Part shown: positions 45,321 through 53,820 of the stretch, in pieces | Layout of the letters: every line of letters begins with the position of its first letter | How positions within the stretch are numbered: the stretch's first letter is position 1 | Assembly (NCBI GenBank): GCA_024281095.1 | Contig: JAMXLJ010000047.1 | Coordinates: 9,093-73,092 of the forward strand | Length of the DNA stretch: 64,000 nucleotides | Origin: Acidimicrobiia bacterium | GTDB lineage: Bacteria > Actinomycetota > Acidimicrobiia > IMCC26256 > JAMXLJ01 | Direction: 5' to 3' | Notes under the pieces: model-generated | Databases searched by the model: none | What the model was told of the DNA's origin: nothing | The model's input: only the letters and a program-made list of their open reading frames with translations | Made by a program: the position numbers and the translations under genes

Positions 45321-45962
45321 ATGGACACGACTCCCCCGGCTGTGCCACCGCCCACGTATCCCGTCAGCTTCGACGTCGAGCGCCAGTTGTCCGGTCGCAA
45401 TCGACTGACGACAGCCTTTCGCCTGATCCTCGCGTTTCCGCACCTGGCGCTGGTCGGCGGCGCCGGCATCGGCCTCAACTGGGGATCGTCCCCCGGCGGA
45501 GCGCTCGGAACCGCGGCGTTCGTGATGGCGGTGTTCTCGTGGTTCGCCATCATCTTCGCGTCCGTCCATCCCCGCGGGTTCTGGGATTTCGGCGCGTTCT
45601 ACATGCGGTGGCGGGCACGAGCCGTGCCGTACGTGATGTTGCTTCGCGACGAGTACCCGCCGTTCGAGGACGACGTTGCGTACCCGACGACCTTCGCGGT
45701 GGACCGACCCACGGGCCCGCGTGACCGGCTGTCGGTCGGGCTGCGGATCATCTACGCGATCCCGCACATCGTCGTGTTGATCTTCCTCAACATCGCGTGG
45801 CTCGTCACGTCGATCATCGCCTGGTTCGCGATCCTCTTCACCGGGCGGTACCCGGCCGGCCTGTACGAATTCGCTGTCGGCGTCATGCGCTGGGACGTGC
45901 GCGTCGAGACATATCTGTTGCTCATGCGCGACGAATATCCACCCTTCCGGCTGTCGCCATAA
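45321..45962 (+). CDS. DUF4389 membrane protein (tandem repeat)
   Basis: The module RL.L..PH......W.AI.F.GRYP.G...F......RW..RV..Y..L.RDEYPPF occurs twice. Confidence 0.8.
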   Translation: MDTTPPAVPPPTYPVSFDVERQLSGRNRLTTAFRLILAFPHLALVGGAGIGLNWGSSPGGALGTAAFVMAVFSWFAIIFASVHPRGFWDFGAFYMRWRARAVPYVMLLRDEYPPFEDDVAYPTTFAVDRPTGPRDRLSVGLRIIYAIPHIVVLIFLNIAWLVTSIIAWFAILFTGRYPAGLYEFAVGVMRWDVRVETYLLLMRDEYPPFRLSP

Positions 45963-46016
45963 CACCTCGTGTGGATCCACCGCGCCCTACGCGTGTGATC
46001 CACGCGAAGCTGAGCC

Positions 46017-47249
46017 TTACCGGTGGAGGACCAACGGTTGGTGACGGACGCCGGTATGCCGGTTGCTTCGCGTCCATTCGATCGGACCTGCCGCCTCGAT
46101 CATGCGGAACCGAACGAAGAGCTCCTCGTAGAGCACCCGGATCTCGAGCTTCGCCAGGTTCGCGCCGAGGCAGTAATGGATCCCGTGGCCGAAACCGAGG
46201 TGGGGATTCGGATCACGGCGGACGTCGAACGCCATCGGGTCGTCGAACACCGCCTCGTCGCGGTTGGCCGAGCCCTCCCAGACCACGACCTTCTCGCCGG
46301 CCGTGATCTCGTGGCCGCCGAGGCGTGCGGTCGTCGTCGCGGTGCGTCGCTTCGACGGCGAAGGCGTGGTCCACCGCAACACTTCCTCGACTGCCGTGGC
46401 CATGACGCGCGGGTCCTTGCGGAGCGCCTCCAGCTGATCGGGATGGTCCACCAACGCAGCAAGCCCGCCTGCGATCGCATTGCGCGTTGTCTCGCTACCC
46501 GCCGCGAACAGCAGGCTGAAGAACATGTACAGCTCGTCGTCGGTCAACATCGCGGGTTCGTCGTCGTCGAGGCGCGCGTGCACGACCGCCGACAACATGT
46601 CGTCGGTCGGACGCAGTCGCTTCTCCGCGATGAGGGCCCGTCCGTACGTGAGCATGTCGAACGGTGCCGCCTCGCGCTCCGCACTGTCACCCGAGCGGAA
46701 GTCGAAGCCGGGCTCGACGGCGGAGAAGAGATCGTGGCGGTCACCCTCGGGCACTCCGAGCAGGATGCAGATCATCTGCATCGGCAGCTCGGCGGCCACG
46801 TCCACGAGGAAGTCGAACGGCTCGCCGTCGGGAACAGCGTCGAGCAAGACGCCGGCGCGACGGCGCAGCTCGTCCTCGAGTCTGCGGACGGTCTGGGGTG
46901 TGAGGCCCTTGCTCACGAGCCGGCGGATCCGGCCGTGGCGCGGTTCGTCCATCATGTTCAGCACGATCCCGGCGACGGGCAGATCCTGGATGAGCGTGCC
47001 GCCGTAGGGCCGCTCACCGCCACGCTCGGACGAATAGGTCGACGGGTCGGTCAGGACCTGCAAAACCTCGGCGTACGTCGCGACGGACCAGAAGCCTTCG
47101 CCGTCGGGCGTGTGCGCGGTGGCCTCGTGCCACCACACGGGCGCGCCGGCACGGTGGATCTCGAACAGGTGATGGGGAAAGCCGTTCGCGAAGTTGTCGA
47201 GATCGGTGAGGTCGATGCCGGCGAGCCGCTCGCTTGACGCGCGAAGCAC
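46017..47249 (-). CDS. cytochrome P450
   Basis: Heme loop [18 protein letters not shown] (EEVLRW), AGSETT I-helix. Confidence 0.93.
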   Translation of the reverse strand: MLRASSERLAGIDLTDLDNFANGFPHHLFEIHRAGAPVWWHEATAHTPDGEGFWSVATYAEVLQVLTDPSTYSSERGGERPYGGTLIQDLPVAGIVLNMMDEPRHGRIRRLVSKGLTPQTVRRLEDELRRRAGVLLDAVPDGEPFDFLVDVAAELPMQMICILLGVPEGDRHDLFSAVEPGFDFRSGDSAEREAAPFDMLTYGRALIAEKRLRPTDDMLSAVVHARLDDDEPAMLTDDELYMFFSLLFAAGSETTRNAIAGGLAALVDHPDQLEALRKDPRVMATAVEEVLRWTTPSPSKRRTATTTARLGGHEITAGEKVVVWEGSANRDEAVFDDPMAFDVRRDPNPHLGFGHGIHYCLGANLAKLEIRVLYEELFVRFRMIEAAGPIEWTRSNRHTGVRHQPLVLHR

Positions 47250-47263
47250 CTGCCGAGGCTACG

Positions 47264-47473
47264 TCAGTGCCGGCGCGCCTTGCGGGCTGTCAACCCGACC
47301 GAAAGTGACAGAAGCATGGTGACCGCGAGCGGGAGGAGCCACCACACGTTGACGCCGCCGTGCGCACCCACGTAGGCCGCGGGCACCGCGATGACAACGC
47401 CCATGGCCAGGCGCCAGTCGTCACCGACGATGAAGTCGTACCAGAAGCGCGCGAACCGGGAGAGGAACTTCAC
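47264..47473 (-). CDS. small membrane protein (about 69 aa), translationally coupled
   Basis: GTG start in a GTGA overlap with the upstream stop; two hydrophobic helices. Confidence 0.5.
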   Translation of the reverse strand: MKFLSRFARFWYDFIVGDDWRLAMGVVIAVPAAYVGAHGGVNVWWLLPLAVTMLLSLSVGLTARKARRH

Positions 47474-48243
47474 GCCCCGACCGCCTCGACCGACTCGACG
47501 GCTTCGACCTTGGTCGTCTGGGCACTGCCGTCGCGTTTCAGGACGGCCACGAGCGCGAACGCGATCACGAGCACGAACGCGATGAGCCCGAGGATCGAGG
47601 CGTCGCTCCCGGGCCACGAGACCCCGGCACCCTCGCCGGCCCAGAACATGCCGAACGCGCTGAGCATCACGCCGACGCCGAACTTCAGCGTGTTCTCGGG
47701 AACGCGACTGAGCGGCGCGTGCACGATCGAACCGGCGACGAGCACCACCACGAGCGCGGCCGCCGCGCCGATCGACGCGAGGCCGACGTTGTGTTGCGAG
47801 CCACCGAACGTCACCACGATGAAAGCCACTTCGAGACCTTCGAGGAACACGCCCTTGAACGCGACCGTGAACGCGTACCAGTCGTGTGCGGGAAGACGGC
47901 CCGCGGCGCGCAGGGCCGCGACCTCGTCGCGGTAGATGGAGTCCTCGTCATGCATGGCCTTCAGACCGCTCGCTCGCAGGATCGCTTTGCGCAGCCACTG
48001 CAGCCCGAAGACCAGCAGCAACGTGCCGACAACGAGACGGAGTGAGTCGATCGGCAGGTACGCCAGCGCGGGCCCGAGCGCGGCGACCACGACGGTGAGC
48101 CCGCCGAGGGCCGTCGCCGTGCCGATCAGCGCCGAACGCCATCCCCGCGTGACGCCGACCGCCAGCACGATCGTGAGCGCCTCGACCATCTCGACCGCGC
48201 AGGCCAAGAATGCGGCCACGACGAGCAACGCCTCACGCGTCAC
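47470..48243 (-). CDS. polytopic membrane protein (COG4280 / UPF0016-like)
   Basis: GTG start at 48243 (VTREALLVVAAFLACAVEMVEALTIVLAVG). A second half repeats ...FKGVFLEGLEVAFIV. Confidence 0.65.
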   Translation of the reverse strand: MTREALLVVAAFLACAVEMVEALTIVLAVGVTRGWRSALIGTATALGGLTVVVAALGPALAYLPIDSLRLVVGTLLLVFGLQWLRKAILRASGLKAMHDEDSIYRDEVAALRAAGRLPAHDWYAFTVAFKGVFLEGLEVAFIVVTFGGSQHNVGLASIGAAAALVVVLVAGSIVHAPLSRVPENTLKFGVGVMLSAFGMFWAGEGAGVSWPGSDASILGLIAFVLVIAFALVAVLKRDGSAQTTKVEAVESVEAVGA

Positions 48244-48265
48244 GCACGCTCCTCGGGAGAGACGG

Positions 48266-48283
48266 GTGTAGCATTTGCTACAC
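48266..48283. promoter_or_regulatory. perfect 18-bp palindrome abutting the RpiR start codon
   Basis: GTGTAGCA-TT-TGCTACAC. A related half-site pair TGTAG-N6-CTACA lies at about 48297-48312. Confidence 0.5.
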
Positions 48284-48285
48284 GT

Positions 48286-49167
48286 ATGGCAGTACGTGTA
48301 GAAACTACTACAGGCGGCTCTCTCGGTGAACGGCTGGCGCACGTCACCGGCCCGCAGGAGCGGGCCGTCGCCCACTACCTCCTGAGCGAAGGATCGCGGG
48401 CGGCGGCAATGTCGGCCCGTGAGATCGCGGCGGCGGTCGGCACGAGTGATGCGACCGTCGTGCGCGCGGCGCGCTCGCTCGGCTTCGCGACCCTGCGCGA
48501 GCTGCGCCACGCGCTTGTGGACCGGGCCGACGGCAGTGACCTGCCCGGAAGGCTCCGAGCCACCCTCGAGGGGACGCCGACCGCTCATGACGTGCTCGCG
48601 CGGGCCGCGCACCGCCAACTCGACGCGCTCGACGCGCTGCTTCGTCGCATCCCACCGGCACGCTTCGACGAAGCGACCGGGCTGCTCGCCGCGGCGGGGC
48701 GGATCTGGTGGTCGGGCATCGGACCGAGCGCGTACGTGGCGGGCTACGGCGCGTTCCTGAGCCGCCGGCTCGGCAAGCCGGCGGGCACGCTCACCCACGC
48801 GGGCACCGATCACGCCGACGAGCTCCTCGGTGTGGAGCCCGGTGATGCGGTGGTCGCCCTGGCGTACGGACGGATCCATCCCACCGTCGGCGTGCTGCTC
48901 GAGCGCGCGGCCGGGATCGGCGTGAAGACCGTTCTGATCACCGACACACCCCGCCGTCGCCTCGCCCACCCGCCCACGGTGGTCCTCGACGCGGGGCGTG
49001 GCACTCCGGAGCTCTTCGCGACACACGGTCCGACCGTCGTGTTGGTCGAGGCGCTCGTGCTCGCGATCGCGGCGAGCGATCCGGCCGGCTCCGCCGCCGC
49101 GCTGACCACACTGAACGAGTTGCGCCGATCGATCGCCGGGAGGCGGGTCGACGTCGACCCGGTCTAG
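48286..49167 (+). CDS. MurR/RpiR family transcriptional regulator (HTH + SIS)
   Basis: ERAVAHYLL...SAREIAAAVGTSDATVVRAARSLGF plus a C-terminal SIS domain. Confidence 0.88.
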   Translation: MAVRVETTTGGSLGERLAHVTGPQERAVAHYLLSEGSRAAAMSAREIAAAVGTSDATVVRAARSLGFATLRELRHALVDRADGSDLPGRLRATLEGTPTAHDVLARAAHRQLDALDALLRRIPPARFDEATGLLAAAGRIWWSGIGPSAYVAGYGAFLSRRLGKPAGTLTHAGTDHADELLGVEPGDAVVALAYGRIHPTVGVLLERAAGIGVKTVLITDTPRRRLAHPPTVVLDAGRGTPELFATHGPTVVLVEALVLAIAASDPAGSAAALTTLNELRRSIAGRRVDVDPV

Positions 49168-50102
49168 GCGGGCTCGGGCTCCGCGGGCTCGGGCTCCGCG
49201 GCCTCGATGTCGGTCCACACGTCGGGCTGCGTGCCGTCGACGTCCACGAAGCCGTACGCGCGGGCCAGCTCGGCGGACGTCAACGACTGCTGGTTCCAAC
49301 GGGCACGATCGGGGTCAGCCGCGAGCGCGGCGACGGCGCGGCCCACGTAGCGAGGCGTCTCGGACATTGCGAAGCTCGGCGGCGCGTTGCGCCCCACGGC
49401 ATCGCGCCAGTTCTCCTCCGAGACGCCGAAGTTCTCCAGCATCAGCTCGGAGCGCAAGAACCCCGGCGTGACGGCTACCGCGGTCGCGCCGTACGGCGCG
49501 AGCTCGTGTCCCTGCGAGAACGCGAGCCGGTTCACCGAGACCTTTGCGAGGTCGTAGAACACGGAGATGCGATAACGCGACGCGTTGAACGCGGTCGTGC
49601 CGTCGGTGACCTCGACGACCAAGCCACCCGGCCGGTCCACCATCAACGGCAGCAGGTGATGCGACGTGATGATGTGCGTGTCGATCGCGAGCCGCAGGAT
49701 GCGCAGCCCTGTGTCGAGATCGAGCTCCCAGAGCGGTGTGTTCCAGACGGTCGGGCCGCCCTTGAGGAGCTCGGCACCCCAGATGTCGTTCACGAGCACG
49801 TCGATGTGGCCGTAGTCGTCGCCGATGCGCGACGCGAGCGTCTGCACCTGGCCGGAGTCGAGGTGGTCGAGCGCGATCGCGACTCCCGTGCCGCCGAGAC
49901 CGTTGACGATCTCGGCGGTCTCCTCGATCGTCTCGGGACGGTCGTACTCCGACCGTCTCGACCGCGTCGTGCGGCCGGTACAGATCACCGTTGCGCCCGC
50001 TTCGCCGAGCGCGGCGGCGATCCCGCGGCCAGCCCCGCGTGTCGCGCCCGCGACCACGGCCACCCGGCCGCGCAACCCGCCGGGATCAGGTGTCCAACTC
50101 AT
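49164..50102 (-). CDS. SDR family oxidoreductase
   Basis: VAVVAGATRGAGRGIA glycine-rich loop. Confidence 0.85.
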   Translation of the reverse strand: MSWTPDPGGLRGRVAVVAGATRGAGRGIAAALGEAGATVICTGRTTRSRRSEYDRPETIEETAEIVNGLGGTGVAIALDHLDSGQVQTLASRIGDDYGHIDVLVNDIWGAELLKGGPTVWNTPLWELDLDTGLRILRLAIDTHIITSHHLLPLMVDRPGGLVVEVTDGTTAFNASRYRISVFYDLAKVSVNRLAFSQGHELAPYGATAVAVTPGFLRSELMLENFGVSEENWRDAVGRNAPPSFAMSETPRYVGRAVAALAADPDRARWNQQSLTSAELARAYGFVDVDGTQPDVWTDIEAAEPEPAEPEPA

Positions 50103-50145
50103 CGACGGGGCTCCCTCGCTCGAGCGGCCGGTCCGCCGAGCCAGC

Positions 50146-50343
50146 GAAGTTCTGGCCGCTGAACCCCGTGAGGAACCTCAGCGACAGGAACAGGGGCGCG
50201 ATGATCGCGAGCTGCCTCATCACCACGTTGAGGCGGTTCGACACGGTCGAGATATGACTGTCCATCGCTCCGGTCAGGAGGTCGCGATCCGAGTCGACGA
50301 GATTACGGATGCGGATCAGGTGGTCGCACGCTCCACCGTGTAG
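50146..50343 (-). pseudogene. corA: CorA Mg/Co transporter fragment (end of the cytoplasmic domain plus TM1); N-terminus and TM2 missing
   Basis: ACDHLIRIRNLVDSDRDLLTGAMDSHISTVSNRLNVVMRQLAIIAPLFLSLRFLTGFSGQNF matches the CorA pattern Y.RDv.DH...snr.N.vMk.LTiia.iflP.tfiaG.yGMNF. No second TM follows, and the SDR gene starts about 45 nt downstream of the last CorA-like codon. Confidence 0.55.
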
Positions 50344-50540
50344 CCATCGGAGGCCATCACCCGGGATGCCCTGGGTGCCAGGCATCCCCGAGACGCGGAG
50401 CACGGCGGGGAACACCTACGCTTCGCAGGTCGGGTGGGTGAGCGGTCGGCCGACGCTCTGGCGTTGACACCGGGGGTTCCGTGCGACGCGATGGCGGTCT
50501 GTGTTTCTGCTGGCGGCGGGGCGCGGGCGAAGCCGTCCGC

Positions 50541-50912
50541 ATGCGACCGCTCGCCGCCGGGTTTGCGGTGTTCCTCGGCTGTTTGGGCTGCAGCGGCGGC
50601 ACGCCGCGCGAACCTAATCCTCTGGTAGGACACATCCTGGAGATCAATTTCACCAACGCAGCCAGCACCGGCGATACGTCCCGGTGCAGCAGCCCGCTCC
50701 CGGTGGGACAAAAGATCCTGATACGCGACAGCGCCGGGCACGTCGTCTACGCGGGAACCTCGCAGGGGGTAGGCACGACGGCGTTGGTGCCGATCGGCAA
50801 CGACCGGTACGACACGATCGAGATTCCCCGCGGCGCTCGAACTACGCGCGCGACCTACAGCCGCAACTACCTTGCAGCTCACAACTGGACCGTGACCCTC
50901 TCCGGTTGCTGA
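50541..50912 (+). CDS. small putative lipoprotein (123 aa)
   Basis: MRPLAAGFAVFLGCLGCSGG signal with lipobox; beta-rich mature part; lies in the GC trough. Confidence 0.45.
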   Translation: MRPLAAGFAVFLGCLGCSGGTPREPNPLVGHILEINFTNAASTGDTSRCSSPLPVGQKILIRDSAGHVVYAGTSQGVGTTALVPIGNDRYDTIEIPRGARTTRATYSRNYLAAHNWTVTLSGC

Positions 50913-51317
50913 ATTGGCGCACGCGCTGAATAGCCACCGCGTGTTCAGCCCCGTCCCAGCTCGCCACTACGACCAACGCGGCTGAACGGTCGAGCACGAC
51001 GACGCGCTCGCGACGCCGATTGAACGTCTCGTGCATCACGAAGTCGTCGTCGAGCCATGACAAGTCGAACGCGACGAACATCAGCGATTCGCGCCGTCGC
51101 GCAGACCACCGAAGGGGTCAAGCGACGAATCGGGGTTCGCCGCTACGCCGGCGTTCGTCGCCGCGACGATCGCGCCACGGCCAGCCCGGGGCGGCCCAAC
51201 GTTCAACGCATCACCGGGCCGGGATGCACCCAGGAAGAGCACCGTGTCCCCGCCGAGAGCGACCCGGCCCAGCGGCACCCCCTCGACGCGGACGACGACA
51301 ATGGCAGGGCCCTGCAT
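50842..51317 (-). other. two ATGA-overlapping small ORFs (78 and 79 aa) of unknown function; possibly frame-broken N-terminal CorA remnants
   Basis: GC3 is coding-like in both. GDTVLFLGASRPGD and MFVAFDLSWLDDDFVMHE loosely resemble the CorA segments G.i.iFvG..fvvTvRHGe and ilD.vvD.Y. The second ORF shares its frame with the CorA fragment at 50146-50343. Confidence 0.25.
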
Positions 51318-51716
51318 CCTCCAAATTCCACTATGCGTGGCCCCGTTCAGCCGCTGGGTGCTGCTTCATGACCGCAAAATGTCGGTCTGCATGCTCGCCG
51401 CCGGCACAGCGCCACTGTGCGTTCATTGATCGTTCTCATAGTCGTGGTCGTGGCTTCATCCAGCCACCGATTCACAACGCGGATCGTGGTTACCATGGCA
51501 CTCGGGCGAAAGGGCAGTTGATTCTCTGGGGCAGAGACCGCGGTTTTCGCCACCGCGGCAAACAAGGGAAGCAGGGAAGGAGTCTTCTTCGGCGTGACGA
51601 GGTCGTCGCGGCTGAATGCACGCGACGCCAGAAGCGCCTGGAAGATCCGTGGAACCGCGTGCGCGAGCGCGAGACGCTCGTGTCCTGGCGGTCGTGAACA
51701 TGGGCGGGAGACCACT

Positions 51717-53813
51717 GTGCAGCTGCAGCGCGCAGAAATCGGCGCGACTCATGACAGCGCATGCGTCTTGCACATTGCGCTGCTCGGCGGCTTTCGGGTG
51801 GAACGCGCGGGAACGTCCGTCTCCGACTTGTCCTGGCGACGGCGCAGTGCGAAGCGCCTGACGAAGCTGCTGGCGACGAACCCGAGTCACGCGCTCCACC
51901 GCGAACAGATCTTCGACATCCTCTGGCCCGACGCCGATGTCGATTCCGCTCGGAACAGCCTTGCAAAAGCGCTGCACGCGGCCCGTCGAGCGCTCGAGCC
52001 GGAACGGAGGCCGCGAGAGCACTCGTCATGTCTGCGGTCGCGGGACGACATGGTCCTGCTCGACGCGGACCAGGTGCTCATCGATGCTGATGCATTCCAA
52101 CGACTCGCGCAGGCCGCACTGCGGCTCGGGACCGTGACCGCGTACGAAGCGGCGCTCGCCGCGTACACGGGTGTGCTGCTCCCGGAGGACCTCTACGAGG
52201 ATTGGCCGTCCGAGCGTCGTGACTACCTCGCGGACCTGAACATTCGGCTGCTCGTCGGGATGGCCGAAGAGCTCGAGAAGAACGGGGGGCACCGGGTTGC
52301 CGTCGACCGACTCCGCACTGCGTTGCACAGCGATCCACTGCGTGAAGACGTACACCGCCGGCTCATGCGCGTCTACGACGCCATGGGTGACCGTGGGCTC
52401 GCACTGCGGCAGTTCGAGGTCTGCCGTGACGCCCTGCGGCGCGAGCTCGACGTCGCGCCCGAGCCCGAGACGACAGAGCTCTACGAACAGCTGATCGCGG
52501 GCCGGGCGGCGCCTCGTCGCGAGAGCACGGGCGGCGAGACAGAACGCGTGTGTGTGACCGGCGCCGCCCGAGACCGCGCCGGGGAACCGGCGGCCACGAC
52601 CGCGGCGCCGTTCGTCGGCCGCGATGCGGCCTTGCAGGAGTTGACCGACCACCTCGCTCGGGCGGCGGAAGGTAGCGGAAGCGTCGTCGTCGTCGGCGGC
52701 GAGGCAGGGGTTGGGAAGACCCGCCTCGTCGCCAGGTTCGCAGTCGCGGCGCAACAGCTCGGTGCGTGCGTCCTCGGCGACGCCGCGCACGCCAGCAGCT
52801 TCCCTTACGGCCCGTTTGCAACCGCGGTCGAGGGCTACGTTGCCGCGCGAACGGACGCCGAACGCAGCGAGCTCGCGCATCGTTACCCATCGCTCGGATG
52901 CCTCAGCCCCTCTGCGCAGAGCCCGGCACCCCTTTCTCTGGTGACACAGGACGGCTCGGATGCAATGCATGTGCGGCTCAGCACCGAGATCGCCCGCCTC
53001 TTGACGGACATCGCCGAGAGGCAGACAGTCGTGCTCGTGCTCGGCGACCTCGACGAAGCGCACCCCTCGAGCCTCGGGCTGCTCGAGTACTTGGCGAACC
53101 TGGCCCGTGGCCGCCGGTGGCTCGTCATCGCGACGCTGCGCGACGAGACCATGCTGCCGGGCAGCGCGGCCATGCGCACGCTCACGTCGATGTCATACGA
53201 GCGCCCGTGCAGCCGTGTGCGGCTGCCGCGCCTCGACCGCCACGAGTGCGACGAGCTGGTCCGGACGCTGCTTCGTGGTCGCGCCCTCGGCAGCGACTTC
53301 CTCGACCGGATGTACGCACTCACCGGCGGCAACCCGTTGTTCGTCGAGGAGCTCGCGCGGCGCGTCTCCGACCGCAGCGACACACCGACCACGACGCTCC
53401 ACTCCCGCGACCTCGGACGGGACAGCCTCGACACATCTCCAACTGTGCGAGCGGTCGTGCAGAAGGCGATCGCGCAGCTTGGAGCAAGCGCCTGTCGCGT
53501 CTTGGAGCTCGTCACCGTCGCAAAGTCCGGTGTCGCGCTCGAGAACCTTCGGCTGGCAGCTGCGGAGCTCGAGCCGCCGATCACGAACGCCGAGCTGTTC
53601 GACGCGCTCGACCGGTTGCTCGCCACCGGGATGTTGATCGAAGACCGCGGCGCATACACGACTCGGCACGCGATCGTCGGTGCCGTCCTCCTCCACGACC
53701 TTCCGCAACATCGCCGTGCCCAGTTGGCCGCGGCCTTGCGGGTGGTGGCGCGCCCGCGCGTGAGCACACGGCCGATGTCGTGGCCCCGCGCACACGAGGC
53801 CGAAGTTCGGTAG
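51717..53813 (+). CDS. AfsR/SARP family regulator: winged-helix + BTAD + P-loop (AAA_16/STAND) NTPase
   Basis: LLGGFRVERAG...RRSAKRLTKLLA...HREQIFDILWPD. BTAD segment (YEAALAAYTGVLLPEDLYEDW...DPLREDVHRRLMRVY). FVGRDAAL...VVVGGEAGVGKTRL. Start is 51717 or 51765 (both GTG). Confidence 0.85.
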   Translation: MQLQRAEIGATHDSACVLHIALLGGFRVERAGTSVSDLSWRRRSAKRLTKLLATNPSHALHREQIFDILWPDADVDSARNSLAKALHAARRALEPERRPREHSSCLRSRDDMVLLDADQVLIDADAFQRLAQAALRLGTVTAYEAALAAYTGVLLPEDLYEDWPSERRDYLADLNIRLLVGMAEELEKNGGHRVAVDRLRTALHSDPLREDVHRRLMRVYDAMGDRGLALRQFEVCRDALRRELDVAPEPETTELYEQLIAGRAAPRRESTGGETERVCVTGAARDRAGEPAATTAAPFVGRDAALQELTDHLARAAEGSGSVVVVGGEAGVGKTRLVARFAVAAQQLGACVLGDAAHASSFPYGPFATAVEGYVAARTDAERSELAHRYPSLGCLSPSAQSPAPLSLVTQDGSDAMHVRLSTEIARLLTDIAERQTVVLVLGDLDEAHPSSLGLLEYLANLARGRRWLVIATLRDETMLPGSAAMRTLTSMSYERPCSRVRLPRLDRHECDELVRTLLRGRALGSDFLDRMYALTGGNPLFVEELARRVSDRSDTPTTTLHSRDLGRDSLDTSPTVRAVVQKAIAQLGASACRVLELVTVAKSGVALENLRLAAAELEPPITNAELFDALDRLLATGMLIEDRGAYTTRHAIVGAVLLHDLPQHRRAQLAAALRVVARPRVSTRPMSWPRAHEAEVR

Positions 53814-53820
53814 GGCGACT

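Noticed and set aside
50316-50882. The middle section of the CorA gene, sought in the minus-strand frames between the two CorA-like pieces.
   Set aside because: I hand-translated two of the three minus frames across parts of 50416-50750 and read the track ORF 50316-50882 for the third. All gave Arg/Pro-rich or stop-containing sequence with no resemblance to the CorA coiled-coil/Y.RD region. The central part is therefore deleted, replaced or decayed beyond recognition, and I did not annotate a continuous pseudogene.
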